A DNA stretch of 64,000 bases from positions 19,745-83,744 of the forward strand of contig PFDB01000017.1 of NCBI GenBank assembly GCA_002763075.1. Reading direction: 5' to 3'. The translations under genes and the position numbers were made by a program. Below the pieces are notes generated by a model. The model ran no database searches and was not told the origin of the DNA. It worked only from the letters and a program-made list of their open reading frames with translations. The first letter of the stretch is position 1. Every line of letters begins with the position of its first letter. This DNA comes from Candidatus Pacearchaeota archaeon CG10_big_fil_rev_8_21_14_0_10_34_76 (GTDB lineage Archaea; Nanobdellota; Nanobdellia; Pacearchaeales; GW2011-AR1). Positions 45,350-56,421 of this stretch are shown here, one piece after another.

Positions 45350-46155
45350 GTTTTAGCAGAAGCCCGAATTTTATCTATTGCTCCTCCTGATTCATCCCTT
45401 ATTTCATGACCTGTAAGGTTTAAGAATGCCTCTTCAAGGGATTTAGATTTAGTTTGTTTTTTTAGTTTAGTAGAAGTTCCCATAGAGATTATTTTTCCAT
45501 GGTCTATTATTGCTATCCTATCTGCGTATGCCTCTGCTTCATGCATGTAATGGGTTGTGAAAAAGACAGTCATGCCCTCATTTTTGTTTAAGTTTATTAT
45601 ATAGTCCCACATTTTATTTCTTGTTTGAGGGTCAAGACCGAGAGTTGGCTCATCAAGAAATAAAATTTTTGGGTGGTGAATCAATCCACGAGCGATTTCA
45701 AGGCGCCTTTTCATTCCCCCTGAGAATGTTTTGATAAAATTATTTCTTTTATCCCATAAATCAACAAGCTTTAATAGGAATTCTATCCTTTCTTCAGATA
45801 ATCTCTTGGGGACCCCATATAGTGCTGAATGAAATTTTAAGTTTTCTAATGCAGTCAGTTCATTATCTAAGCTAAAATCTTGAAAGACTATTCCAAAAGA
45901 AGATCTTGCTTGATGTTGTTGTTTGATGGGATCAAACCCATTGAGAGATACATTTCCAGATGTTGGTTTTAGCATTGTTGTTAGCATTCTAATTGTTGTG
46001 GTCTTCCCTGCTCCATTTGGACCAAGAAATGCAAACACTTCTCCCTTGTCAACCGAAAAGGAAATATTATCTACTGCTGTGAAACTTTTAAATTTTTTAA
46101 CCAAATTCCTTACTGAGATTATCTTTTCTTTATCATCCATTTTAGGTATGGGCAT
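45334..46155 (-). CDS. ABC transporter ATP-binding protein (DrrA/CcmA-like)
   Basis: Walker A GPNGAGKTT, Q-loop, signature FSGGMKRRLEIA, Walker B ILFLDEPTLGLD and H-loop TTHYMHEAE. Confidence 0.9.
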   Translation of the reverse strand: MPIPKMDDKEKIISVRNLVKKFKSFTAVDNISFSVDKGEVFAFLGPNGAGKTTTIRMLTTMLKPTSGNVSLNGFDPIKQQHQARSSFGIVFQDFSLDNELTALENLKFHSALYGVPKRLSEERIEFLLKLVDLWDKRNNFIKTFSGGMKRRLEIARGLIHHPKILFLDEPTLGLDPQTRNKMWDYIINLNKNEGMTVFFTTHYMHEAEAYADRIAIIDHGKIISMGTSTKLKKQTKSKSLEEAFLNLTGHEIRDESGGAIDKIRASAKTWGNR

Positions 46156-46309
46156 ATGGGCTTTAAAAGATTTTTGTGAGCAAAAAAATTAGGTAAATGG
46201 AAAACCTGAAGGTTATATAAAAATTAATTGAATTGGGGGTGTGATTTTGAGATTTATGATTTTGGATTAAAAACGTTTAATAATACTGGATTATTATCTG
46301 TAAAAGAGA

Positions 46310-47008
46310 ATGATGATAGAAAATATTTATGGGAACGTGTTCTATTTTTTGCAATTGACATTCAAGCCAGAAGTATTATGGAATGTTGTTCCCCTTGCAA
46401 TCGCTACTATCCTAATCGTTATATATTTTCAGAGATATAAGGGTGAAAATCCTGGATGGAATAGTTATCTCACGAATTCTTTAGTGCTTTTGTTTGTATC
46501 TCTTGCTTTGCTCAGGCATATTTACAGTATAGATAGTGAGGGGGCGCTGAACTTCATTACTTATCAGGCCAAAAGCATTGCCTCTGTGTTTTTATTACTT
46601 ATTGGAACAATTATTTTAAGGTTTAATTTTGAACATCTTCTCCCCGAGAAAATTGCAAAATACTTAAGTTCTCCATTGTTAGTCAATTTAGGAGCTTACG
46701 CAGTGATATTATTTGTTTACTCCGAAAAAAATATCTATGGGGAGGAAGCAATTGCGTTGATAGTAATAGTATTATTGCTTGCATTAATAGTAAATATATC
46801 TAAAATTCCCCTTAGTAGATTATTTGTGTATGTAGAAAAAGAAAAAGAAAAAGAAGTGGTAAAAAATATTAAAGAAAGCAAATACCAAATAAAAGAACTC
46901 AAGAATAAGGCAAAAGAAATAGAGAAAGACCTTAAATATAATAAGCTCAAGGAACTTGATAAACAGAAGAAAAAAGCAATAAAATTAAAAAAAATAATTA
47001 AAAAATGA
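46310..47008 (+). CDS. hypothetical polytopic membrane protein with a Lys-rich C-terminal tail
   Basis: 232 aa with five or six hydrophobic segments, then a charged tail (EKEKEVVKNIKESKYQIKELKNKAKEIEKDLK...KKKAIKLKKIIKK). Confidence 0.5.
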   Translation: MMIENIYGNVFYFLQLTFKPEVLWNVVPLAIATILIVIYFQRYKGENPGWNSYLTNSLVLLFVSLALLRHIYSIDSEGALNFITYQAKSIASVFLLLIGTIILRFNFEHLLPEKIAKYLSSPLLVNLGAYAVILFVYSEKNIYGEEAIALIVIVLLLALIVNISKIPLSRLFVYVEKEKEKEVVKNIKESKYQIKELKNKAKEIEKDLKYNKLKELDKQKKKAIKLKKIIKK

Positions 47009-47283
47009 ACATTCAGGAAATAGCTGAGAGAATGGAAAAACTTGACAATTGGAGCCTTGAGGGTAATTCAATAACCAAGACATTTGAATTTGAGAATTTT
47101 AAACTTTCATTGGAATTTGTGAATAAAGTGGGAGAGATAGCTGAAGAAATGAATCATCACCCAGATATTTTAATCAATTATAACAGAGTTAAGCTTGTCC
47201 TGATTACCCATCATGCTAAAGAAATTACTGAAAAAGATTTTGATGTTGCCGGAAAGATAGATTTGATAGAAAAGAAGGTTTAA
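47005..47283 (+). CDS. pterin-4-alpha-carbinolamine dehydratase (PCD/DCoH family)
   Basis: 92 aa. W.LEGNSITKTFEF.NF..SLEFVNKVGEIAEEMNHHPDILINYNRVKLVLITH carries the HHPD motif. Confidence 0.8.
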   Translation: MNIQEIAERMEKLDNWSLEGNSITKTFEFENFKLSLEFVNKVGEIAEEMNHHPDILINYNRVKLVLITHHAKEITEKDFDVAGKIDLIEKKV

Positions 47284-47308
47284 AATATATCTTTCTTAGG
47301 ATTTTAAT

Positions 47309-48067
47309 ATGATAAAAAGCGGGTTAAAAGTTACAGTTGGGATATTTTTAGGAGTTCTCCTTATCATAACAAGTGTTGGATTTATAATTTTGGGATCTGT
47401 AGGGATAGTGATAGATACAGATAATGTAAACAATGCTATAATAGAAATATTAAATGATTCTATAGATGAGGGGGTTGAAAATAATTTAGATAGTAAGACA
47501 TTGACTGAGTTGTATCAGAAGAGTCTGGAAAGATGTGGTTTTCTTAATGGAACTCTTAATGAACTTGATGGATTGGAAATTAATTGTAGTATGATTACAT
47601 CCGGAAATATCGAAGGATTTAAAGAATCTTATAAAAATGAGCTCAAAGTTGCAGTGGCTAAAAAGATAGATATTGCAGAAATAGAAAATAAAATATCCCT
47701 CATAAGAACAGGTTCGATAATAATGGGGATTGCATCAATTCTTTTCGTCATATCTATTTTATTTATTCTTGGGACTATGGGGATTGTGATAATAGGTGTG
47801 GCTAATGTAATTGGAGGGATGTTGCTTTTTGGAGTTGGGATAATAAAGGCGAGGGCGGCTTTCATTATACAAGGCACATTCTCTAATTCTCTTGGGCTAG
47901 TGAAAATTCCGAATGCCTTAGAAATTTTAATAGAAAGATTTGCTGAAGTAATTTATTCAGGACTTCTTATCCAACTTGTGTTGGGAGTAATACTGGTCAT
48001 AGTTGGAATCATTTCTGTAATATTAATCACATATCGCAAGATTAAGAATAAAAGAAAGCTTAAATAG
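47309..48067 (+). CDS. hypothetical membrane protein
   Basis: 252 aa with an N-terminal TM helix, a soluble loop and four C-terminal TM segments. No family recognised. Confidence 0.5.
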   Translation: MIKSGLKVTVGIFLGVLLIITSVGFIILGSVGIVIDTDNVNNAIIEILNDSIDEGVENNLDSKTLTELYQKSLERCGFLNGTLNELDGLEINCSMITSGNIEGFKESYKNELKVAVAKKIDIAEIENKISLIRTGSIIMGIASILFVISILFILGTMGIVIIGVANVIGGMLLFGVGIIKARAAFIIQGTFSNSLGLVKIPNALEILIERFAEVIYSGLLIQLVLGVILVIVGIISVILITYRKIKNKRKLK

Positions 48068-48087
48068 AGATTTTGTATATTTAATAT

Positions 48088-48465
48088 ATGAATGTCAGCA
48101 AAATCATGAGAGTTGCTATTGCAACAGATAAAAATATCTTGATAGGTGAAGCGGCAAAACTGATGATTAAAAAGAGAATTAGTAGTCTTATCTTTATCAA
48201 AGAGAATAAACTTGAGGGGATTATAACTAGGGAAGATGTAGTTAGGAATTTTGGGAAAGAAAAAACAATTTCTTCTGTAATGGGTAAGAACATTATCTCA
48301 ATATCTCCTGAAGAAAGTCTTGAAAAAGCCAGCAAGATTATGAAAAAGAATAGAATATCTCATCTTCCAGTTGTTAAGGATGGCGAGTTAGAAGGAATAA
48401 TTAGCTCGAGGGACATTGCACTTGCGTTGTGCAAGAGTGAGGGGGGCGAATTTGTCTTTGAATAA
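48088..48465 (+). CDS. CBS-domain pair protein
   Basis: 125 aa with two CBS repeats (ISSLIFIKENKLEGIITREDV; ISHLPVVKDGELEGIISSRDI). Confidence 0.75.
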   Translation: MNVSKIMRVAIATDKNILIGEAAKLMIKKRISSLIFIKENKLEGIITREDVVRNFGKEKTISSVMGKNIISISPEESLEKASKIMKKNRISHLPVVKDGELEGIISSRDIALALCKSEGGEFVFE

Positions 48466-48727
48466 TCCTATAATTTGGCTTAATGCATTAGTATTGATAT
48501 TGGCAATTCCTATAGGCCTTGTAATTGCATGGGCTTCAAGAGATGAGCTAATTCAGGGAAGAAAATGGTTCAGAATTCTCATTATCTTTTCAATCGCAGG
48601 TGTCTTGTGGTTTTGGCTAATTGGATATAAATATGCAAGTCTTTCTGCAGCATTTATTTTGATTGTAGCTATAATAAGCCTTATCAAGAGTAAAGATCCT
48701 GAATGGGCAAAAAAAAGGAGAATCTAA
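48416..48727 (+). CDS. hypothetical membrane protein (start uncertain)
   Basis: Three hydrophobic segments. The first 50 nt overlap the CBS gene, so a downstream non-ATG start (for example TTG at about 48458) is plausible. Confidence 0.4.
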   Translation: MHLRCARVRGANLSLNNPIIWLNALVLILAIPIGLVIAWASRDELIQGRKWFRILIIFSIAGVLWFWLIGYKYASLSAAFILIVAIISLIKSKDPEWAKKRRI

Positions 48728-48771
48728 TTTTGAGTAGTTAGATTTTTAAGGGATGGAGGCAAATTAAAATA

Positions 48772-51570
48772 ATGGAACCTGGAAGACCAGAAGAAGAGAT
48801 TCTAGAATTTTGGAAGAAGAAAAGAATATATGAAAAACTAAAGAAGAAAAACTCTTCTGGGAAAAAATTTTATTTTATGGATGGACCTCCCTATGCCTCG
48901 GGGCATATACATATGGGGACTGCGTTAAACAAAATCCTTAAGGATATTGCTATTAGATCAAAGAGGGCTCAGGGATATGATGTATTTGACAGGCCGGGGT
49001 ATGATACTCATGGATTGCCTATAGAATTTCAAGTTGAGAAAGAAATAGGAAGCAAATCAAAGAAAGATATTGAAAAATATGGCATAGCAAATTTTGTTGC
49101 CAAATGTAAGGATTATGCAACAAGATATATTGATGTTATGAATGAAGAATTCATAAATTTAGGTGTCTGGATGGATTGGGATAATCCTTATTTGACATTG
49201 AATGATGAGTATATTGAAGCTATATGGGATGTTATGAAGAGTGCAGATAACAAGAAACTTCTGTATCTTGGGAGTTACCCTGTGCATATATGTCCTAGAT
49301 GCGAGACTGCAGTAGCATTTAATGAAATAGAATATAACAAACAAGAAGATAATGCAGTATTTGTAAAATTTCCATTGAAGGACAATAAGAACACTTTTTT
49401 GATAATCTGGACAACTACTCCATGGACACTTCCTGCTAATACTGGTATTATGGTACATCCGGACTTGACATACCAGGAGGTAGAAGTTTCAAATGGTGAA
49501 AGATGGATAATAGCGAAGGATCGTGTCCAAGAATTGATGAGCAAGACTGAAAGAGGGTTCACCTTGAAAGATGAGTATCTTGGAAAGAAGATGGAGGGAT
49601 GGGAATATACTAATCCTCTGTCGCATAATCTTGATATGAAAATCAAAAATGGATATAGGATTGTTTTGTCAGCAAGATACGTTAGCGTTGAAGATGGATC
49701 TGGTCTTGTGCATTGTGCCCCAGGACATGGAAAGGAAGACTATGAAGTTGGAAAGGAGAATAATCTTGATTCTCCCTGCCCTGTTGCTATTGATGGCTCT
49801 CTTACAAATGAAACTGGGAAATATGCTGGAAAAAAAGCTAGGATTGTTGATAAGGAAATAATTGAAGATCTTGAAAGAGATGGATTTTTAGTTCATATGC
49901 ATAAGTATACTCATGATTACCCAAATTGCTGGAGATGTAAGACTGCATTGTTGATGGTTTCACAGCCTCAATGGTTTCTGAAAATATCTGGAATCCATGA
50001 CAAGTTGATAAGCGAAAACCAGAAAACAAACTGGGTTCCTGAATGGGCAAAACTTAGGATGAAAGCGTGGCTTGAAGGAATTTCTGACTGGCCAATTTCT
50101 AGGGAAAGGTATTGGGGAACTCCATTACCTATTTGGATATGTGGGGGCTGTGATAATAAAAAAGTTATTGGGAGCTTGGACGAATTAAAAAAGTTATCTG
50201 GAAAGAAAATAATTGATATTCATAGACCTGAAATAGATAAGATTGAGATTGGATGCACTTGTGGGGGAAAAATGAAGAGAATATTGAGCGTTTTAGATGT
50301 TTGGTTTGACGCAGGAGTATCTAGTTGGGCAGCCTTGGGATATCCTTCTAAGAAAGAAGCTTTTAAAAAATTCTGGCCTGCTGATCTTAATATTGAAGGA
50401 CCAGATCAGTTTAGAGGTTGGTGGAATTCACAGATTATTTTGTCTGTGATTGGATTTGATAAAAAACCATTTGAGAACATCTCTGTCCATGGAATGGTAT
50501 TAGATGTAGAGAAAAAGAAAATGTCAAAATCTGTTGGAAATATAACTGCTCCAAAAGAGATTGTTGCCAAATATGGAAGGGATTATTTAAGATATTACTT
50601 TGCAAAATCCTCTAAGGGGGAAAATATTTCATTTAATGAAAATGAATTTAAAGACATTCAGGGATTTTTTAGGGTTCTTTTAAATGTAAACACTTTTGTT
50701 AACCAGCTAGATAATAAAAAATCTAAATTTAAAGCTGAAGACAAATGGATATTGTCAAAATACAATTCAACATTGCGAGATGTCTCGGAGAGTTTTAATA
50801 AATATAAATTTTTTGAGGGAGTTAATAGAATGGAAGACTTTCTTGTAAAGGATTTGAGCAGAACATATATTCAAATGATACGTGAAAGGTCTGATGAGAC
50901 ATTTGGTATACTAAATGATATAAGAATTGGAGTAATTAAGATGCTTGCTCCAGTGATTCCATTTACAACAGAAAAGATTTGGCAGGAATTGAGATCACTG
51001 AAACTAGTCCCAGAAGAAAGTATACATCTTAGTAACCTTCCAACTGCTGATAAAAAAATGATTGATGAAAAACTTCAAGAAGAATTTGATGTAGCTCTTC
51101 AGATTATTGAAAAAGGCCTGGCTGAAAGAGATAAGGAAAAAATTGGATTGAGGTGGCCATTGGCAAGCGCAACATATGAGACAGAGAAGATAATATCTAA
51201 AGATATCGAGGAGATAATCGCTATGCAATTGAATGTCAAGAAGATAAAAAGGAAGAGTATAAAAAATAATGTCAGCCTAAATGTTGTTCTCGACGTCAAA
51301 ATGACCCCTGAACTTGAAGCTGAGGGTTTTGCAAGAGAGATATCAAGAAGAGTTCAGGTTGAAAGAAAGAAAAATGGACTTAAAAAAGAAGATATGATAG
51401 ATTTAAAGATAGGCTCAAATGCTGAAAATCTTAAAATTTTAAGATCTCAAGAGAAATTCCTGAAAGAAAGAACAAATTCAAAATCTATTGAATTTATCGT
51501 CGATAAAATAATAAAAAATGGAGTTGTTTTCCAGGTGAAGGAAAAAGAATTTTCCCTCTTATTTTCGTAA
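48772..51570 (+). CDS. ileS: isoleucyl-tRNA synthetase
   Basis: 932 aa. Class I HIGH-type motif PPYASGHIHMGT, the editing-domain region, DWPISRERYWGTPLPIW and KMSKS. Confidence 0.88.
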   Translation: MEPGRPEEEILEFWKKKRIYEKLKKKNSSGKKFYFMDGPPYASGHIHMGTALNKILKDIAIRSKRAQGYDVFDRPGYDTHGLPIEFQVEKEIGSKSKKDIEKYGIANFVAKCKDYATRYIDVMNEEFINLGVWMDWDNPYLTLNDEYIEAIWDVMKSADNKKLLYLGSYPVHICPRCETAVAFNEIEYNKQEDNAVFVKFPLKDNKNTFLIIWTTTPWTLPANTGIMVHPDLTYQEVEVSNGERWIIAKDRVQELMSKTERGFTLKDEYLGKKMEGWEYTNPLSHNLDMKIKNGYRIVLSARYVSVEDGSGLVHCAPGHGKEDYEVGKENNLDSPCPVAIDGSLTNETGKYAGKKARIVDKEIIEDLERDGFLVHMHKYTHDYPNCWRCKTALLMVSQPQWFLKISGIHDKLISENQKTNWVPEWAKLRMKAWLEGISDWPISRERYWGTPLPIWICGGCDNKKVIGSLDELKKLSGKKIIDIHRPEIDKIEIGCTCGGKMKRILSVLDVWFDAGVSSWAALGYPSKKEAFKKFWPADLNIEGPDQFRGWWNSQIILSVIGFDKKPFENISVHGMVLDVEKKKMSKSVGNITAPKEIVAKYGRDYLRYYFAKSSKGENISFNENEFKDIQGFFRVLLNVNTFVNQLDNKKSKFKAEDKWILSKYNSTLRDVSESFNKYKFFEGVNRMEDFLVKDLSRTYIQMIRERSDETFGILNDIRIGVIKMLAPVIPFTTEKIWQELRSLKLVPEESIHLSNLPTADKKMIDEKLQEEFDVALQIIEKGLAERDKEKIGLRWPLASATYETEKIISKDIEEIIAMQLNVKKIKRKSIKNNVSLNVVLDVKMTPELEAEGFAREISRRVQVERKKNGLKKEDMIDLKIGSNAENLKILRSQEKFLKERTNSKSIEFIVDKIIKNGVVFQVKEKEFSLLFS

Positions 51571-51642
51571 TTATAGAGAAACAAACTGGAAAACATTTAA
51601 ATACTCTCTGACCTTATATTTTTTAACTTAGGGTAGACAATA

Positions 51643-52464
51643 ATGATAGTTAATGATGAGTTTTTAAGCAGACTGAGGAAAATATTTGATCTTAATTTGT
51701 ATGAAGTGAAGGTTTGGACATCACTTTTGTCTAGGGGGGTATCCACAGCAGGAGAGTTAAGCAATATTTCTGATGTTCCAAGAAGTAGAACTTATGATAT
51801 TTTGGAGTCTCTTGAAAAGAAAGGATTTATTGTCATGAAATTAGGAAAACCAATTAAGTTTATTGCTCTTAAACCTGATGAAGTTATTGAGAGAGTAAAG
51901 AAAAACCTGGTTGTTGATGCTCAGGAAAAATCAAAGAGGCTTGAAAGATTAAAGGGTGATGAGGTCCTTGGAGAACTTAATGGACTTTTCACCAACGGAA
52001 TCAAATTTATTGAACCTTCTGACCTTTCTGGAAGCATTAAGGGTAGGCAAAATATGTACAATCATCTTGATATGATGATTAAGAATGCTGAAAAGAATGC
52101 ATTGATTGTTACAAGTGCTGATGGTCTTAGTAGGAAGATGGAAGCACTTATGTCTGCTTTTGAAAATGCTAAAAAAAGAGGAGTTAATATTAAGATTGCG
52201 GCACCTATAACTCCTGCTAATTATAAAGTTGCTAAGGAACTTTCAAGATTTGCTGATGTGAGGTCTACTAATAATCATCATGGAAGATTTGTTGTAATTG
52301 ATGATAATCAATTGATGTTCATGCTTCTTGATGACAAACAAATTCATCCAAATTATGATGTTGCTGTCTGGCTCTCTAGCGATTATTTTGCTAATACTAT
52401 AACGAAGATGTTTGACGCACATTGGAGAGATTTCACTCCATTGAGTAAGGTTAAAGTTAAGTGA
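51643..52464 (+). CDS. TrmB-family transcriptional regulator
   Basis: 273 aa. The N-terminal wHTH reads LYEVKVWTSLLSRGVSTAGELSNISDVPRSRTYDILESLEKKGFIV, followed by a TrmB-like C-terminal domain. Confidence 0.8.
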   Translation: MIVNDEFLSRLRKIFDLNLYEVKVWTSLLSRGVSTAGELSNISDVPRSRTYDILESLEKKGFIVMKLGKPIKFIALKPDEVIERVKKNLVVDAQEKSKRLERLKGDEVLGELNGLFTNGIKFIEPSDLSGSIKGRQNMYNHLDMMIKNAEKNALIVTSADGLSRKMEALMSAFENAKKRGVNIKIAAPITPANYKVAKELSRFADVRSTNNHHGRFVVIDDNQLMFMLLDDKQIHPNYDVAVWLSSDYFANTITKMFDAHWRDFTPLSKVKVK

Positions 52465-52881
52465 TCATTCACCGATTATTTTTATAAGAATTCTTTTATT
52501 CCTCTGTCCATCAAATTCTCCGTAAAATATCTGTTCCCATGGGCCGAAGTCTAATTTTCCATTTGTTACTGCAATAACAACTTCTCTGCCCATTATTGTT
52601 CTTTTTAAATGAGCATGTGCATTATCTTCTCCTGTGAGATTGTGGCTATATTTTTCTACATCAAAAGGAGCAAGATATTCAAGCCAATCCAAAAAATCTT
52701 TCTTCAACCCTAACTCTTCATCGTTTATGAAAACTGAAGAAGTTATGTGCATTGAGTTCACAAGACATAAACCTTCTTTTATTCTAGATTCATCGAGAGC
52801 TTCCTCTACTTCTGATGTGATATTAACTATCTCTTTTTTCTCTTTTGTTCTCAATGATAGGTATTTTGTATGAGATTTCAT
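52465..52881 (-). CDS. YjbQ-family (UPF0047) protein
   Basis: 138 aa. [13 protein letters not shown]...[13 protein letters not shown]...[21 protein letters not shown] is the YjbQ pattern. Confidence 0.8.
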   Translation of the reverse strand: MKSHTKYLSLRTKEKKEIVNITSEVEEALDESRIKEGLCLVNSMHITSSVFINDEELGLKKDFLDWLEYLAPFDVEKYSHNLTGEDNAHAHLKRTIMGREVVIAVTNGKLDFGPWEQIFYGEFDGQRNKRILIKIIGE

Positions 52882-53366
52882 TTTTTGTTCATTAGTTTTT
52901 CTTCTAATCTTTCAATCAATTCAACCTGAGCAGGATTTATCTTTTTCTTTGCTATATCCGCGGGGAAAAAATCTGCCTTGTCAACTTCTGGGATTTTTAT
53001 GAACTTTCCAGAGAGGTATGGATATTCTATATTAACAAATGAGGAGCACATCAATAATCCTGACCAGTTCCCTGGAAATGCCCATGCATGGACTATCTTA
53101 TTGTTTTTTTGTTTTATAGAATCTAAGTAAATGTAATCCTCTGAATTTTCTGGAGGAGATATGCCTGTTTCTTCCTTAAATTCTCGTCTTGCGTTTTTTA
53201 GTAGGCTTTGTATGTCAAATTTATTATCATCCACTTCTCCTTTGGGAATGCTCCATGCTCCTTCGTCTTTATTCTTCCAAAATGGACCACCTGGATGAAC
53301 AATAAAAACAAAAAGATTGTTATCTTTTAATTTATACATTACAAGTCCAGTTGATATTCTTGGCAT
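52878..53366 (-). CDS. NUDIX hydrolase
   Basis: 162 aa with a Nudix-box-like GEVDDN......[12 protein letters not shown]. Confidence 0.8.
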   Translation of the reverse strand: MPRISTGLVMYKLKDNNLFVFIVHPGGPFWKNKDEGAWSIPKGEVDDNKFDIQSLLKNARREFKEETGISPPENSEDYIYLDSIKQKNNKIVHAWAFPGNWSGLLMCSSFVNIEYPYLSGKFIKIPEVDKADFFPADIAKKKINPAQVELIERLEEKLMNKK

Positions 53367-53508
53367 TTTAAATTAAGAACAAGTTTGCTTTTATAATTAA
53401 TTGTAAATTTAATCCCTGAAGAGGAGACCCGACATTATAGTAAAGCCAAGGTGTCCTCTTCCAGGAAAAAGAGGTGATGTGTCACTTAAGGTGACTATGA
53501 TTCCTAAA

Positions 53509-55785
53509 TCAGCCAGTATATATTGGACCTGATGGAGCAAGGCCTGCCTTGGCTGTCTTTAGGTAATATTCTTCTATCTTTTTGTAACGTTTTGCAGTTT
53601 CTTCTGAGACTGATGGCTTGACTTTAACTAATGCTTCTTCGAAATCTTCCATTGTGACTTTGTCTGCTTTGATATTTTTTCTAAGTGCATGAATTGCAGC
53701 TTCTCTTGCAAAACTTTCAATATCTGCACCTACAAATCCCTCTGTTTTTCTTATCAATACATCCATCTTTACAGATTTATCGAGAGGCATGTTCTTTGTG
53801 TGTATCTCAAATATTTTTTTCCTGCTTTCTAAGTCAGGGACATCTACTAAAACAATCCTGTCGAACCTTCCTGGCCTGAGTAATGCAGAATCTAACATGT
53901 CTGGGCGATTTGTGGCTGCTATCACTGTAACGTCCTTCAAACCCTCTAACCCATCCATTTCTGCTAATAGTTGATTTAGAACTCTTTCTGTAACTTTTGT
54001 TCCTACCTCTAATCCTCTCTTGCCTGCAAGTGCATCTATCTCATCAAAGAATACTATACATGGGGCAACTTGTCTTGCTCTTTCAAAAACCTTTCTTACT
54101 CCTTCTTCTGATTTTCCTACCCACATAGATAATAATGATGGGCCCTTTACCTGAATGAAGTTTGCTTCAGCCTCTGTCGCTACTGCTTTTGCTAACATTG
54201 TTTTTCCTGTTCCTGGAGGGCCATATAAGAGAACTCCTCTTGGAGGCTTTATACCCATTCTTTCAAAGCTATCTCTATGCTTTAGAGGCCATTCTACAGC
54301 TTCTTTCAACATCTGTTTCGTGACTTCAAGTCCTCCGACCTCTTCCCATTTTATGTTAGGAGATTCTACAAGTACTTCTCTCATGGCTGAAGGCCTTACA
54401 ACCTTTAGAGCTTCTTCAAAGTCATTCATAGAGATTATCATTTTATCTAACATCTCTTGAGGTATCTCTTTGTCATCTTCTAACTTCATTTCTGGAAGCA
54501 ACTTTCTTAAAATATTCATTGCAGCTTCCTTTGCTAAAGATGCAAGATCTGCTCCTACAAACCCGTGAGTTTTGCCTGCCAATACTTCTAGTTTGACAGT
54601 TTTATCGAGAGGCATATTTCTTGTATGGATTTTTAATATATTTAATCTTCCTGCTTTATCAGGAACAGATATTTCTATTTCTCTGTCAAATCTTCCTGGG
54701 CGTCTTAGTGCTGGATCAAGAGAATTAGGCCTGTTGGTTGCACCTATAACTATTACTCTTCCACGAGATTGAAGACCATCCATCATTGTAAGAAGTTGCG
54801 AAACAACTCTCCTTTCCACTTCTCCCTGGACTTCTTCTCTCTTTGGAGCTATTGCATCTATCTCATCTATGAATATTATTGTTGGAGCATTTTTTTCTGC
54901 ATCTTCGAAGAGGTCACGAATTTTCTTTTCAGATTCTCCATAGAATTTGCTCATTATTTCTGGACCATTTAACAACACAAAATTTGCTTCTGACTCATTC
55001 GCTACTGCTTTTGCTAGAAGTGTTTTTCCTGTTCCTGGAGGACCGTGTAAAAGAACTCCTTTTGGAGGTTCAATGCCTAAACGATCAAACACTTCTGGAT
55101 GTTTCAAAGGAAGTTCTGCCATTTCTCTAACTTTCTTTATTTCTTCTTTGAGGCCTCCTATATCCTCATAGGTGACATCTGGAAAAGATTCTTCTGCCAT
55201 GTCTACAGCCTTTGCATTCATTACTATCTCTGTTTCTTCAGTGATTATAACTGGTTGACTTGGACTTGCAGAAGTTACAACAAATCTTACTCTTTGAAAT
55301 CCTGAAAATCCAAAACCTGATCCAAAAAGCTCCTCTATGTCTCCAAAAATATCTGACATGTCATGCATTAAGTCTTTTCTTCTTTGGGCGCCTCCCAATG
55401 AGATAATATCTCCCTTTACTATTGCTCTTCCTAGTAATCCGTTTCTAAAAAATTCAGGATCTCCCTGTACAACAATCCCTTGCTGTGCCGGAGCTAAAGA
55501 AATCTTTTTTGCATTTTTTACAGATGACTTTTTTATTGTCACTAATTCACCAATTCCTGTTTTTGCATTTCTTCTAATTAGGCCGTCTATTCTGATTATA
55601 CCTTCTCCGACATCTGCCGGATATGAACGATCAACAATTGCAACAGTCTCTCTGTCTCCTTTTATAGAAATGATGTCTCCTCTTTTTAGATCAAGAGATT
55701 TCATTACCTCTGTATCTATTCGGGCTACGCCCTTATATGCGTCATCCTGTAACGCTTCTAATACTTTTAATTTAACTTCTGTCAT
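53509..55785 (-). CDS. cdc48: Cdc48/VCP-like AAA+ ATPase (two AAA domains)
   Basis: 758 aa. It has an N-terminal double-psi-barrel-like domain and two Walker A sites ([34 protein letters not shown]). Two Walker B sites ([18 protein letters not shown]) and SRH regions are also present. Confidence 0.95.
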   Translation of the reverse strand: MTEVKLKVLEALQDDAYKGVARIDTEVMKSLDLKRGDIISIKGDRETVAIVDRSYPADVGEGIIRIDGLIRRNAKTGIGELVTIKKSSVKNAKKISLAPAQQGIVVQGDPEFFRNGLLGRAIVKGDIISLGGAQRRKDLMHDMSDIFGDIEELFGSGFGFSGFQRVRFVVTSASPSQPVIITEETEIVMNAKAVDMAEESFPDVTYEDIGGLKEEIKKVREMAELPLKHPEVFDRLGIEPPKGVLLHGPPGTGKTLLAKAVANESEANFVLLNGPEIMSKFYGESEKKIRDLFEDAEKNAPTIIFIDEIDAIAPKREEVQGEVERRVVSQLLTMMDGLQSRGRVIVIGATNRPNSLDPALRRPGRFDREIEISVPDKAGRLNILKIHTRNMPLDKTVKLEVLAGKTHGFVGADLASLAKEAAMNILRKLLPEMKLEDDKEIPQEMLDKMIISMNDFEEALKVVRPSAMREVLVESPNIKWEEVGGLEVTKQMLKEAVEWPLKHRDSFERMGIKPPRGVLLYGPPGTGKTMLAKAVATEAEANFIQVKGPSLLSMWVGKSEEGVRKVFERARQVAPCIVFFDEIDALAGKRGLEVGTKVTERVLNQLLAEMDGLEGLKDVTVIAATNRPDMLDSALLRPGRFDRIVLVDVPDLESRKKIFEIHTKNMPLDKSVKMDVLIRKTEGFVGADIESFAREAAIHALRKNIKADKVTMEDFEEALVKVKPSVSEETAKRYKKIEEYYLKTAKAGLAPSGPIYTG

Positions 55786-56126
55786 TTTTCATCTCCAAAC
55801 ATTAAACTTATTTTTCTCATGTCCTCGAAGCATAACCTAACCATGTCGTCCATCATCCTTTCTTGCTTGTGTATGAAATCTACCATCTCCTTTGGGATGC
55901 TTATGGCGTGGCTGTTTCCAACAACCCGAAGTTTTACATTATAAGTCTTTCCCCTTATGTTATTAAACCCTTCAAAGTTTGCTAAATCAGTCGGATGAAT
56001 GATTTGATCGTTGCATGAGGGACATTTAACTGCTCTTAATTTATATCCTTGTTTTTCTACTGCCACCTGATTCATACGTATATTGCATTTTGTGCAGAGT
56101 ATCTTGGTATCAAATATATCTGTCAT
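55782..56126 (-). CDS. zinc-ribbon plus SpoVT/AbrB-like domain protein
   Basis: From the internal ATG (MTDIFDTKILCTKCN...CPSCND) there are two CxxC pairs, then VVGNSHAISIPKEMVDFI (AbrB-type looped hinge). A TTTAAATA box lies about 45 nt upstream. Its stop overlaps the cdc48 start (ATGA). Confidence 0.5.
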   Translation of the reverse strand: MTDIFDTKILCTKCNIRMNQVAVEKQGYKLRAVKCPSCNDQIIHPTDLANFEGFNNIRGKTYNVKLRVVGNSHAISIPKEMVDFIHKQERMMDDMVRLCFEDMRKISLMFGDEK

Positions 56127-56421
56127 GTTAGTGGTCTTCGTGTATACTATTAGGGATATACTGGAACTATTTAAACATTTCGGTGATTTAGGAAAGATTT
56201 GATTGCTTATGATAATGGGATCTTGAGAGTTTGTTGAGGCCTGTACTAAATTTGGAGTCAAGATTATTTGTATAGCTATTTGAGTTTTTTAAGTAACTAT
56301 AACAAGAGTATCAGGTTGGAGATTAATGAGAACCATTTATGGGAAATCAAAAAAATACCTTCCAAGGTATAGAAATAAACTTAGTCAAACAATTTAAAAA
56401 GTATTTTTTCTATTCGATGTA

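Noticed and set aside
46228-46440. 70-aa ORF overlapping the start of the 46310 membrane-protein gene.
   Set aside because: It overlaps a longer ORF with clear TM-segment periodicity, is in a different frame and has no recognisable features.
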